64,000 bases of DNA, from NCBI GenBank assembly GCA_963730285.1, contig CAVSQY010000014.1, positions 11,992 through 75,991 of the forward strand, given 5' to 3'. Of this stretch, positions 18,004 through 27,117 are shown piece by piece (the first letter of the stretch is position 1; each line of letters begins with the position of its first letter). This DNA comes from an uncultured Actinomycetes bacterium. GTDB taxonomy: Bacteria; Actinomycetota; Acidimicrobiia; Spongiisociales; ZC4RG35. The position numbers were made by a program, and so were the translations under genes. The notes under the pieces are model-generated. The model was not told the origin of the DNA. It did not search any database and saw only the letters and a program-made list of their open reading frames with translations.

Positions 18004-18538
18004 CGGCCACCTCCAGACCCAGCTTCTCGGCGAGAGCCCGACGCCCACGAAACAGATGCACCTTGGCCGTGGCCGGACTGCACTCGAGGATCTCGGCGAT
18101 CTCGGCCACGGGACGGTCCTCGACGTAGAAAAGCGCGATCGTCTGTGCCTGCCGGTCCGGGAGCTTTCGAACGGTCTTCCAGAACTCCTCGTCCTCCGGC
18201 TCGAGCTGGGGAAAGGGCTGGTGACGTTGCCCGGCCAGACGGGCCAGGGCCTTCGCCTCGGCCGCCTTGCGTCTAAATCCCGATATCGCCTTGTTCGCCA
18301 CGACTCGTCTCACCCATGCTCCCGGTTTGTCATACCCGCTGATCCGATCCCATCGCTGGTGGGCGGCGATGAAGGCCTCCTGTGCCAGGTCTTCGGCACC
18401 GAGACGACTACCCGAAAGGGCGTATGCCAATCCGACGACCTCCCTGAACTCCCTGCGATAGAAGCTCTCGAAAGACTCATGACTGGTGACCCGCTCCTCA
18501 TCTAGTTGTGCCGACTCGGGCTTGGTTTCTGCGGTCAC
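17993..18538 (-). CDS. ECF (sigma-70 family group IV) RNA polymerase sigma factor
   Basis: Region 2 (FESFYRREFREVVGLAYALSGSRLGAEDLAQEAFIAAHQRWDRI) and region 4 HTH (LPDRQAQTIALFYVEDRPVAEIAEILECSPATAKVHLFRGRRAL). Confidence 0.85.
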   Translation of the reverse strand: MTAETKPESAQLDEERVTSHESFESFYRREFREVVGLAYALSGSRLGAEDLAQEAFIAAHQRWDRISGYDKPGAWVRRVVANKAISGFRRKAAEAKALARLAGQRHQPFPQLEPEDEEFWKTVRKLPDRQAQTIALFYVEDRPVAEIAEILECSPATAKVHLFRGRRALAEKLGLEVADEE

Positions 18539-18565
18539 GACATCACTCGCATCGGCAGGCCCCGT

Positions 18566-18589
18566 GGTTTACCTGAGTCCTTGTAAACC
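18566..18589. promoter_or_regulatory. Inverted repeat GGTTTAC-N10-GTAAACC in the divergent region between the ECF sigma operon and the secreted paralogue gene
   Basis: Read directly: ggtttacctgagtccttgtaaacc, 28 nt upstream of the sigma start (- strand). Confidence 0.3.
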
Positions 18590-18658
18590 TCTGAGGCGGC
18601 TCATGCGTGTGACGTCGGGACGGGTTCGGGAGACGAGAGATCAATGAAGGAGTGTCAA

Positions 18659-19549
18659 ATGCGCAGATGGTTCGCATTGCTGGCAGGGGTGGCGGCGATC
18701 GCCGTGGCCGGGACCGCTCTGGCCCTCACCGGGCCCGACATGGTCAAAGACGAGAAGACCGCAACCGAAACGACCGTGAAGATCGAGGCGACCACCACCA
18801 CGTTCGAGAGACGTGTGATAGCGGAGCCTGTGGTCTCCGAAAACGTCTCCGAAATCGTGGAAAAGGACGAGGGGGCCGAGGAGGAGCCAAAGCAGTCCGA
18901 CCCGGTCGAGCAGGTCGAGCCACGTGACCACATGCCCTTCGAGATCGCCATCCTCTATCCCAAGCACGGCCAGGTCTTCGAGAAGGGCGAGGCCGTGTTC
19001 GAAGGCAGCAGCGCCCCCGGGGCCAGGGTCTACGTGGGCGACCGCCAGGCCGACGTGAACGACGACGGTGGCTGGCGCATAGTCCTCGACCTGCAGCCCG
19101 GTGAGAACCACATCACCGTGAAGGCAACGGACGAGTCCGGCAATCATGGCGCCGACTCGGTCGGCGTGACCTACAGAGCACCCGAGCCAAAGAAGGAAGA
19201 GCCCAAGAAGGAAGAGCCGAAGAAGGAAGAGCCGAAGAACGAAGAGCCCAAGAAGGAAGAGCCCAATCCAGAGCAGCCGCACGAGTGGGAGTTCTCAGCC
19301 CACCAGGTCTACGGCGAGTGCAGCGAGACCCCTCCCTTCGACGTGTTCTGGGGCACGGGCAAGCCCGGGTCCGTCATTCACGTGCAGTCCGAGTACGGCG
19401 GCGGAAGCCGTGAGGTCAACCAGAACGGAGAATGGGAGATCAAGGTGATCTTCGAGAACGCTCCCATCGGCCAGGCCTTTGCCGTCAAGGTGAGGGATGA
19501 GTTCGACCACCAGCAGATGTTCGAGTTCACCAGGATCGCAGCCGACTGA
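18659..19549 (+). CDS. Secreted protein paralogous to the extracytoplasmic two-domain module of the adjacent anti-sigma factor; contains a (E)PKKEE repeat linker
   Basis: Signal peptide MRRWFALLAGVAAIAVAGTALA (SD gaaggag 7 nt upstream of this ATG). Domain 1 ...FEKGEAVFEGSSAPGARVYVGDRQADVNDDGGWRIVLDLQPGENHITVKATDESGN vs anti-sigma ...FAEKKITFAGVTEPGARVFAGKYEADVAKSGEWHIVLVLAEGKNVARFVARDVAGN. Domain 2 YGECSETPPFDVFWGTGKPGSVIHVQSEYGGGSREVNQNGEWEIKVIFENAP...DEFDHQQMFEFT vs YGSCSETPPFDVYYGSGEPGSLVQITSEYGSTSVEVGANGQWEKKVFFETAP...DEFDRQANFEFT. Confidence 0.7.
   Translation: MRRWFALLAGVAAIAVAGTALALTGPDMVKDEKTATETTVKIEATTTTFERRVIAEPVVSENVSEIVEKDEGAEEEPKQSDPVEQVEPRDHMPFEIAILYPKHGQVFEKGEAVFEGSSAPGARVYVGDRQADVNDDGGWRIVLDLQPGENHITVKATDESGNHGADSVGVTYRAPEPKKEEPKKEEPKKEEPKNEEPKKEEPNPEQPHEWEFSAHQVYGECSETPPFDVFWGTGKPGSVIHVQSEYGGGSREVNQNGEWEIKVIFENAPIGQAFAVKVRDEFDHQQMFEFTRIAAD
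19192..19266 (+). repeat. Tandem 15-bp repeat (x5) encoding EPKKE linker
   Basis: ccaaagaaggaagagcccaagaaggaagagccgaagaaggaagagccgaagaacgaagagcccaagaaggaagagccc. Confidence 0.6.
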
Positions 19550-19615
19550 CTTCCCGACCGAGGTCCACAGCAAGGGGTCCCGGCTCTGCCGGGGCCCTCT
19601 TGCGTGTCTAGGTTG

Positions 19616-22399
19616 TCAGGACGAGCCGCCCGGATTCAGCACCTTCTGGAGTAGCTCGGGGATGTCCTGAAACACCAGGAAGTAGGCACTCGGGTCACAA
19701 TTGCAGGTCTGTGGCGGCGGCTTCTTCTGTGGCTCCTTCTTTTGACAGTCCGGCTCCTCGTTGACGTCGCGAACGTTCATCCGGAACCTCTCGCCATCGT
19801 GCACCGAGGTGGCCACCACCACGAAGTCCTCGTTGAAGGCCGTCTCCTCAGTGGGGAAGTCGGTCCATTCGCCGCTCGGGCTTCCCACCTTCCCCGGCCG
19901 ATACGACACTTGCACTTCCTCTCCCATCTCCCCGGTGACGCACGCATACTGACCGGAGGGGATGCTCACCTCCCAGCGAGCCGCCTGGAAGGCGTTGAGT
20001 TCCAGCTCGTAGTTGCCGGGGCCATCGAGCGATTTGGTGACCTTGGGCGGCTGATAGGCGATGAAGCCTCCTCCGGTGTCGGTGACGGCCACGTCGGTCA
20101 TGTGCTTGGAGAAGCTTTGATACATCCCGCTCATCTCATCTCGATTGGCCAGCTCGACCTGATCGAGTATCGGGTTGTTGCCACCGGGCAGGGCTTGGAT
20201 GATCTGGCCCAGCTCTTCATCGCCGAGAACGTTTACGACGTCCTGGAAGAAGATCCAGTTGTCGGCGCCCCTCTCGACCATTGGGCGTGAGGTCTCCTCC
20301 GCCCTCATGGCTGGGGCCAGTCTCCACTCCAGGTTCACGCCCGGATACACGACGTTGCTCATGTATTCGGCGAGGGCGTGGTTCCACCAGCGTCTTGCCA
20401 GATAGGTGGCCCCGGACTGACCGGGGAACAACAACGGGATGTAACAGTGGGCGATGTCGGCGGCCAGCTGCTGCTTGAAGTGGTCTGGGTTGCGCGGCTG
20501 CATCGGCTTGTTGATGAACACAAGGCAGACCGAGGGGTCGATGCGCTGCTCCACGAAGGTGTACGAGCCGCCGTGATGGGACAGCAACATCCAAATGCAC
20601 ACCGGCGGTGTGCCGTACTTGGCGATCGAGTCAGTCAATGCCTGCTGGGCCCAGAGCAGATGCGTCTCCCGACTCCAGCCATCTTCCTGACCTGCGATCG
20701 GAAACAGCACCGCACCTACCCATGCCCCGTATGTTCCGAGCTCGTAGCCGCTGGTGTCCCAGCCCGCCTGTTTCGGCTCGAGTCCGGCGCACTCGCCCGG
20801 CTCGATCGGCGGAGCGGAATAGTCGTGCGGCACGTCGTCATCGGGTGAGGCATAACCCCGGTCCTCACTGCCCTCTTGAAGCTGCTCCTCATCCGGGGGA
20901 GGCTCCTGCGCCAACAGGTCCGGGAAGATGAAGTCGCCCAGCGCAACGGTGAGCGACTTCGACGTCTCCGGGGGCGCCGTCCTGTTGAACCTCGGGGTCA
21001 GCAGGTCGAGAAGACGGGTCACCTCGTCCTTGGCCGGCCCCGGTTCGGCGGTGTCGAGGTACTCCTCCGCCAGGCTGATGATCCCCGTCCCGGAGTAGTC
21101 GAGCAGTTCGGGGTGTCGGAGCACGGCCCCGGAGTCGGCCTCGTCGGCGAACAGCTTCAGCGTGGCGATCAGCCCATCCTCGTGGGTCCACTCACCCGCC
21201 TCTTCCTTGGCCAGCAGGTTGTCGACATAGCCGAGGTTGGAGAGGTCCGGCTTTTCCTGCTGCACGATGATCGGGCCGCCCGGGATTCGGCCCAGTGCCT
21301 TGCTCGCCAGCTCCTTGGCGGTGTCGAACTGCTCATCAGGCCCCAGGTCGGGCAACGCCAGGACAATGCGGAACATGGCCCCACTCCATGCGACAGAGAT
21401 GACGTCTGCTTCGTGTGGGGAGGCGAACCCGCCTCCGGCCGGCACGTTCTCGAACCACATCGCAGAGTCGCCGACGCCATCCAACGGGACTCCGGGCACT
21501 CCATCGATGTTTGCGCCATCGCCGAAGTCTGATTCTGCAGCGGTCTGGACCTTGACGTATATCTCGGTGAGGATGAGCTTGGTGCACTCGAAGTCGCCGA
21601 ATTGGGTCAGATCGGCGACTTCGCCGAAGTTGTCCGACACGAAGACGTGATCCATCGCCGCGGCGCGGCCTTCCCGCTCCGGAGCGAGGAGGGCCTCGGC
21701 CTCCTGGTCGGTGACCAGGTCACACAAGTCGGCTTCGATCGGCTCTGGCGGTCCCAGCACCACCATGTCGATCGCTGACGCGGCGAGACCCTTGGCCAGG
21801 TCGAGGCGGTCCTGGTCACTGACGTCGGGTCGGCTTATCGAGAGCCTGATGAACAGATAGGCCTGTTCGGTCTCGGTGACGACACTCAGGGTTCCCATGT
21901 CTCCGCCACCGAACCACATCGCCACCTGGCCGACCCCGGACACGGGGACGCCGGCCACATCATCCAAAGTCGCTGCCGATCCGAAATCGTCGGGACTGCC
22001 GGGCTCGAGCTGGGCAGACCGCCCCTGCATGGCCGGCACATCATCGGGAGGTTGCCAGAGACAGCCCTCGTGTCCGGAGAACTGGATCAAGCCCACGTCA
22101 TCTGGAAGCCCGAGGGCGACGCCGACATCGTCGATCGAGATCAGGGTGCACCCGTCGAGCGGAGGGATTTGATGTCCTGTGTTGGCGGAGGTCGGGTCGG
22201 TTGATGGTGTCGGCCCCGAAGGGGAGGTTGTCGATGTGGCGGCCGCTTCCGGGCCTGAATCTCCCAGACGGCCGATGACCGCGACGATGACTGCGAGGGC
22301 AACGAGCCCGACGACCACCACCGGGAAGGGCTTGCCTTTCAGGAGATTCGTCAACGGGCTTCTGTCTTGTCGGCCTGGCTCCGGGCCTCCGGGGTCCAT
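19616..22399 (-). CDS. Large membrane-anchored extracytoplasmic protein (927 aa), two N-terminal Cys-containing DUF3558-like repeats plus a large uncharacterised C-terminal domain
   Basis: N-terminal TM (FPVVVVGLVALAVIVAVIG), Ser/Thr/Pro linker, two repeats each with C...C..W pattern (LDGCTLISIDDVGVALG...GCLWQ; ADLCDLVTDQEAEAL...FECTKL). C-terminus EEPDCQKKEPQKKPPPQTCNCD. Co-directional with, and 76 nt downstream of, the giant regulator gene. Confidence 0.65.
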   Translation of the reverse strand: MDPGGPEPGRQDRSPLTNLLKGKPFPVVVVGLVALAVIVAVIGRLGDSGPEAAATSTTSPSGPTPSTDPTSANTGHQIPPLDGCTLISIDDVGVALGLPDDVGLIQFSGHEGCLWQPPDDVPAMQGRSAQLEPGSPDDFGSAATLDDVAGVPVSGVGQVAMWFGGGDMGTLSVVTETEQAYLFIRLSISRPDVSDQDRLDLAKGLAASAIDMVVLGPPEPIEADLCDLVTDQEAEALLAPEREGRAAAMDHVFVSDNFGEVADLTQFGDFECTKLILTEIYVKVQTAAESDFGDGANIDGVPGVPLDGVGDSAMWFENVPAGGGFASPHEADVISVAWSGAMFRIVLALPDLGPDEQFDTAKELASKALGRIPGGPIIVQQEKPDLSNLGYVDNLLAKEEAGEWTHEDGLIATLKLFADEADSGAVLRHPELLDYSGTGIISLAEEYLDTAEPGPAKDEVTRLLDLLTPRFNRTAPPETSKSLTVALGDFIFPDLLAQEPPPDEEQLQEGSEDRGYASPDDDVPHDYSAPPIEPGECAGLEPKQAGWDTSGYELGTYGAWVGAVLFPIAGQEDGWSRETHLLWAQQALTDSIAKYGTPPVCIWMLLSHHGGSYTFVEQRIDPSVCLVFINKPMQPRNPDHFKQQLAADIAHCYIPLLFPGQSGATYLARRWWNHALAEYMSNVVYPGVNLEWRLAPAMRAEETSRPMVERGADNWIFFQDVVNVLGDEELGQIIQALPGGNNPILDQVELANRDEMSGMYQSFSKHMTDVAVTDTGGGFIAYQPPKVTKSLDGPGNYELELNAFQAARWEVSIPSGQYACVTGEMGEEVQVSYRPGKVGSPSGEWTDFPTEETAFNEDFVVVATSVHDGERFRMNVRDVNEEPDCQKKEPQKKPPPQTCNCDPSAYFLVFQDIPELLQKVLNPGGSS

Positions 22400-22474
22400 C
22401 AGTCCGCCTTAGGGCTACTGAAACCCAAGATACTCATGTGGACCGGGGTGGGGCGGCCGCGGCCCCGTCTGCCG

Positions 22475-25400
22475 TCAACTCAAGGTGAGGTCGGCGAAAT
22501 TGGCCCAGGATTTGCCGAATTCCCACCAGCCCTCGACAAGGGGTCGCCTCAGGGAGGTGTTCCTCGTGTAGACCAATGGGATCACCGCAGCCAGCTCGGC
22601 CACGGCGAGTCGGTCTGCCTGGTGGAAGAGCCCGAGCCGGGTCCGCTCGTCGCGCTCCATTCGGGCCCGCTCGACCAGGTCGTCGAATGCCTCGCTGGAG
22701 AATCTCCCGGTGTTGTCTGCTCCCTCGGTGTGAAGCAGCAGCCTGAGGAAGTACTCGGGATCGGTGTATCCCGGATACCACCAGGTTGGAGCGATATCGA
22801 CATCTTCCCAAACCTCACGAAGTCTTTGGGAGGAGGGGCCCAGAGTCGTGGTCTCCACCTCGATGCCCAAGTGTCGGCGCCACTGGCCGGCGGCTCTCTC
22901 CACCAGAGTCGTATAGACGATGTGGGGTATATCGAAGGCTGCCATCCGGATCGGCGCATCCGGTCGTGCCTGGCCGACGAGCGACCGCGCCAGGTCGACG
23001 TCGAAGACCGGTGCGACGTCGGGCGTGTGCCCGGCAAGTGCCGGGGGGACCACGCCACCGGTGGCCGGGATCAGATGCTCGCCCAATCCTTCGCACAGGG
23101 CGGCTCGATCCAACGATTGGGCCAGGGCGAGGCGAAGACGGGGATCGGCCATGTTCTTTCGGCCATGGTTGAGAACGAAGTAGATGAGCCCTGCCGTCGG
23201 TTCCCGATTCACCAGATCGGTTGGGATCTGCTCCGACCCGGCGCCGTCCCATGGCCCGCTGATCCAGGCGAGGTCGTGTCGTTCGTCGAGAAAGCCCTCC
23301 ATGACCTCGTTGACGGGCGCGGTGTGCCACACCACGGTCTCCACGTTTCCGAGACGATGGCCGACATAGTCGGGTCGGCGATCCAGGACGACACGATTGG
23401 CCTTGTGCTCAGTCCGACGGAAGGCTCCGCTGACCACCTCGACATCGAGATCGCACCACCGCTCGGGTTCCGCTTCGATGACATGACGGGGCTGAGGGCC
23501 GCAGTCCGGCCGGTTCAACATGCCGAGGAAGTAAGGAGCGGGCGCATTCAATGAGAACTGAACGACCCTGTCGTCCAACGCTCTCACGCCGATCAGGTCG
23601 GGGTCACTGCTGCGACCAAGCGCATGGTCGGCGGCGCCTTCGAGGACATAGAGCATGGCCACGCTCACCCCGGGGGAGTCGGGGTCGAGGTTGCGTTTCA
23701 GACCGAACTCGACGTCGTGGGCGGTGAGTGGGGCCCCGTCAGACCATTTGAGCCCGTCACGGAGGGTGAACCGGTAGATGAGACCGTCGTCGGAGATCTC
23801 CCAACGCTCCGCCAGGGAGGGGACGATGGTGTCGTCGGGCCATCTCTCCACCAGACGATCGAAAAGCGCCATCTGCAGCTGGATGTCCTGGAGGGCGTAG
23901 GAGCGGACCGGGTCGGGGACATCGAAAAAGGCCGGACCGGCGAAAAGGAGCGTCTCGGTGGCCTCCTGGCTCGGTGCGGGGCTCCACAGCTCGAAGGCCC
24001 TCTGATAGGTGGCGTTCGCCTCGGCGAACCGGAGGGCGGTGTGATAGGCCAGCCCCAACTTGAACAGGACCAGCGTGGTGGTGGGCGTGTCTCCACTCCC
24101 CTCCAGGAGAGGGAGAAGCTGTCGATAGTGCTCGATTGCCTCCTCCAAGGCATGGCGTCCCCGAGCCAGATCGCCTGCCCGTAGCAACGCTGGGGCGGCC
24201 CGGTCGTCGACCCCTGCCGCCGTCCAATGCCGGGCTAGAAGCTCAACGACCTCTTCGTCATTCCCCTCGAATTGGCGTTCCAGCCACTCGGCGGCATGTC
24301 GGTGCAGGGCCCGTCTCCTACCCTCGGGAAGGGTGCGATAGGCGGCCTCACGGGTGAGGGCGTGCTTGAACAGATATTCCGCCTGCGGCCATCGGCGTGC
24401 CTCGACCAGCAGGTCAGACCTCAAGAGGTCCTGGACGGCGGGAAGGACCCCACCTCTCTCGTCGGCGATGCCCTGGAGCAGGGGGAGGCCGAAGCTCCGG
24501 CCCAGCACTGAGGCCGAGGTCAGCACCATGTGGGTGGAAGGATCGAGACGGTCGATGCGCGACTGGACCACCTTCTCCACCGTCTCAGGCACGGTCAGGG
24601 CAGCGTCACGGTCGAAGACCCATCCCGACCCCGAAGGGGTGAGGGCGCCCTCATCGATCAGCGACCCGATCAGCTCCTCGAGATAGAAGGGGTTCCCCTC
24701 GGAGAGGTCGAGGAGCCGCCCGGTGGTCTCCTCGGGGAGATCGGCGGTGCCGAGTAGCGAGGAAAGCATGGCTCGTTGGTCGGAGTCGCCGAGGGCGCCG
24801 AGTGTGATCTCGGTGATCAGATGGGGCACCCGATGCCGGGCCGCCTCTGCGATGCGCCACGACACGTGACCGGGAGACGGGCGGCTGCTGACCACATACA
24901 GGATGCGGTGACTCTCGGCGAGTGAGGTCAGATTCCCTAGAAGCTCCACCGAAGTCGGGTCGGCCCAGTGGGCGTCTTCGATAACCATCGCGGTGGGGGA
25001 CCTCTCTGAGATGGCAGTGAGCAGCTCTGCCACCACCTCGAACGTGCGGAATTGGATTGCTTCCGGCGCCAGCGATAGCCGGGTCTGCTGGTCGGGGGTC
25101 AGGCTGAGACCGAGAAGACGCGTCAGATAGGCATACATCGGCTCGGCCGGCTCGTCCAGCAGCTCTTCGAGGCGGTTGTGCAGCGTTCGCCGGGAGGGGA
25201 GGTCCTTTTCGTCGATGCCCAACCCGAGCCATGACCGGATCAGGTCGCGGAACGGCCAGTAGGGGGTGGCCTCACCGTAGGGATCACAGTGACCGAGCAG
25301 CCAGGTAAACCCGATCCCGGAAGGCGACCGGCGCAGCTCGGAGATGATCCGAGTCTTTCCCACGCCGGCGTCGCCACTGAGTACCAGGACTCCGCCGATG

Positions 25401-26740
25401 CCGCGTTCGAGCGATTCGAGCATGTGGCCCGCCTGGGCCATCTCTGACTCACGACCGACAAGTGGGGCGCGGAGACGTCTTCCCAGCCTTGCCTTGTCGG
25501 CGGTTCGGCGCACCGCCGTCGGCCGCCACATGACTCCCGATCCCGAAGAAGCGGACTCCTCCCAGTCGAAGGCGTCGATCATGAGACGACGGGTGTGGTC
25601 GTCGACCAGCACCGAATGGGGGCCTGGGTCGCTGAGCATTGTCTGAAGCGGTCCCTCTTCCATGCCGAAACCGGTCTCGAAGGGCAGTGTCACCGGCAGT
25701 GTGGACACGACACACCGGCCCTCACCGGTGGGCCCCAATGTCTCCCCGACGGCCAGCGCTGCCCGGATGGCTCGATAGGTGTCGTCCTCACGGGCGATGG
25801 GTGCCCCGAAGACGGCAAGGGCACGCGTCCCGTCTTCGTCGACGATCGTCCCTCCGAATCGGGCCAATGCCGAACGCGTCGCCTCTAGTGCGGCGGCCGA
25901 GCCGGTGGCCACCAAGAGCAGGGTGGCGAGCCGGTTCCCTGGGGGCAATGGCCGACCGATGACAGTTGCAGGACGGGCCTGCGGTCGATGTGACGGGGAT
26001 GGCGAGAGAGTCGGGTCCTGTGCCAGGATCCGATCGAGCAGGTTCTGGAGCTCGGGCCCAGGCTCGATCCCCAGTTCCTCGATGAGAAGCGCGCGCACGG
26101 TGTCGAAGGCCCGAAGTGCGTCGGCCTGCCGGCCCGAACGATAGAGCGCCAGCACGTATCGGCTCCACAAGTCCTCACGCAACGGGTGCTCTTCGAGCAG
26201 GGAGTGGAGGTCGACTGCGGCCTGGTCGTGACTGCCGGATCGGAGTTGGGCATCGGCCATGTCGACCTGGGCCTGAAGACGCACCGCCTCCAATCTGGCC
26301 TTGAGCGGGCGGACGACGTCGGCCTCGCGGGCGTCCACCAGGGGCTCGCCACGCCACCAGGAGAGGGCCTCACCGAGCCGACCGACCGTCGTCTCCGGGT
26401 CCTCCCACGTCGCCTCCCTGGCCTCGGTGACTGCCAGGACGAATCGGTGGGCGTCGACGTCTGATGTCTCGAGTGCCAGCTGGTAGCCGGGACCCTTGGT
26501 GGCGATCAACCCTTCGGGGAGCACCGAGCGCAGATGGTGGATGTAGGTCTGAAGTGCTTTGGCCGCCGTCGCCGGAGGGGTTTCGCCCCAAAGGCCGTCG
26601 ATGAGCCTGTCGCTGGTGATCAACCTTCCCACGTCGGCCGCCAGCAACGTCAGAAGGGCGCGCTCCATCGGACGACTGACCTCGATTCGGTGGCCATCGT
26701 CACTCAATTCCAGCGGTCCGAGCACCCCGACGAGCACCAC
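22475..26740 (-). CDS. 1421-aa multidomain one-component regulator: SARP-type winged-helix DNA-binding + BTAD / degenerate class-III cyclase-like domain / STAND (NB-ARC-like) P-loop ATPase / helical-TPR region / C-terminal solute-binding-protein family 5 (SBP_bac_5) domain
   Basis: aa 1-250: LGPLELSDDGHRIEVSRPMERALLTLLAADVGRLITSDRLIDGLWGE + BTAD (…YRSGRQADALRAFDTVRALLIEELGIEPGPELQNL). aa 270-390: cyclase-homology-like RLATLLLVATGSAAALEA...FGGTIVDEDGTRALAVFGAPIAREDDTYRAIRAAL (metal-binding Asp positions not conserved). Walker A VLVLSGDAGVGKT (aa ~451-463), Walker B MVIEDAHWAD, GNPFYLEEL motif. aa ~935-1421: ...LAERWEISDDGLIYRFTLRDGLKWSDGAPLTAHDVEFGL = canonical SBP_bac_5 signature (DppA/OppA/NikA family). 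No signal peptide, so the SBP domain is cytoplasmic. Confidence 0.85.
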   Translation of the reverse strand: MVLVGVLGPLELSDDGHRIEVSRPMERALLTLLAADVGRLITSDRLIDGLWGETPPATAAKALQTYIHHLRSVLPEGLIATKGPGYQLALETSDVDAHRFVLAVTEAREATWEDPETTVGRLGEALSWWRGEPLVDAREADVVRPLKARLEAVRLQAQVDMADAQLRSGSHDQAAVDLHSLLEEHPLREDLWSRYVLALYRSGRQADALRAFDTVRALLIEELGIEPGPELQNLLDRILAQDPTLSPSPSHRPQARPATVIGRPLPPGNRLATLLLVATGSAAALEATRSALARFGGTIVDEDGTRALAVFGAPIAREDDTYRAIRAALAVGETLGPTGEGRCVVSTLPVTLPFETGFGMEEGPLQTMLSDPGPHSVLVDDHTRRLMIDAFDWEESASSGSGVMWRPTAVRRTADKARLGRRLRAPLVGRESEMAQAGHMLESLERGIGGVLVLSGDAGVGKTRIISELRRSPSGIGFTWLLGHCDPYGEATPYWPFRDLIRSWLGLGIDEKDLPSRRTLHNRLEELLDEPAEPMYAYLTRLLGLSLTPDQQTRLSLAPEAIQFRTFEVVAELLTAISERSPTAMVIEDAHWADPTSVELLGNLTSLAESHRILYVVSSRPSPGHVSWRIAEAARHRVPHLITEITLGALGDSDQRAMLSSLLGTADLPEETTGRLLDLSEGNPFYLEELIGSLIDEGALTPSGSGWVFDRDAALTVPETVEKVVQSRIDRLDPSTHMVLTSASVLGRSFGLPLLQGIADERGGVLPAVQDLLRSDLLVEARRWPQAEYLFKHALTREAAYRTLPEGRRRALHRHAAEWLERQFEGNDEEVVELLARHWTAAGVDDRAAPALLRAGDLARGRHALEEAIEHYRQLLPLLEGSGDTPTTTLVLFKLGLAYHTALRFAEANATYQRAFELWSPAPSQEATETLLFAGPAFFDVPDPVRSYALQDIQLQMALFDRLVERWPDDTIVPSLAERWEISDDGLIYRFTLRDGLKWSDGAPLTAHDVEFGLKRNLDPDSPGVSVAMLYVLEGAADHALGRSSDPDLIGVRALDDRVVQFSLNAPAPYFLGMLNRPDCGPQPRHVIEAEPERWCDLDVEVVSGAFRRTEHKANRVVLDRRPDYVGHRLGNVETVVWHTAPVNEVMEGFLDERHDLAWISGPWDGAGSEQIPTDLVNREPTAGLIYFVLNHGRKNMADPRLRLALAQSLDRAALCEGLGEHLIPATGGVVPPALAGHTPDVAPVFDVDLARSLVGQARPDAPIRMAAFDIPHIVYTTLVERAAGQWRRHLGIEVETTTLGPSSQRLREVWEDVDIAPTWWYPGYTDPEYFLRLLLHTEGADNTGRFSSEAFDDLVERARMERDERTRLGLFHQADRLAVAELAAVIPLVYTRNTSLRRPLVEGWWEFGKSWANFADLTLS

Positions 26741-26779
26741 ACAACCGTACCGAGATCGATTGCGGCACAGGGCGCCTTC

Positions 26780-26799
26780 TTACCGGGCGTTTACCGGGC
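26780..26799. promoter_or_regulatory. Direct repeat TTACCGGGC x2 with 11-bp phasing in the divergent regulator/DUF4242 intergenic region (candidate SARP-type binding site)
   Basis: cTTACCGGGCgtTTACCGGGCt at 26779-26800; located 40 nt from the regulator start (26740, -) and 50 nt from the DUF4242 start (26850, +). Confidence 0.35.
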
Positions 26800-26849
26800 T
26801 AGGGCAATTTCGACGCCGCAAGGGTCAATCGATCTGAGGAGGTATCAGA

Positions 26850-27103
26850 TGCCCCTGTTCATGGATGTGCACCAGCAACTGCCCGACGGTGCGACCGAAT
26901 CGGACGTGGCCGAAGCTCACGCCGCCGATCTGGCCACTCAGGACAGGTTCGGAGTCCACTACCAGCGGTACTGGGTTGATGAGAAGGCGGGCAAGGTGTT
27001 CTGTCTGGTGGAGGCACCCGACGCCGATGCCGCGGTCGCGGTGCACCGCGAGGCGCACGGGTTGGTCGCCGACGAGATCTACCCCGTCAGCGAACACAGT
27101 TGA
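26850..27103 (+). CDS. DUF4242 family protein (SCO4226-like), paralogue of 2312..2563
   Basis: MPLFMDVHQQLPDGATESDVAEAHAADLATQDRFGVHYQRYWVDEKAGKVFCLVEAPDADAAVAVHREAHGLVADEIYPVSEHS; strong SD gaggagg upstream. Confidence 0.8.
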
Positions 27104-27117
27104 TAGGGGGAAGGGCG

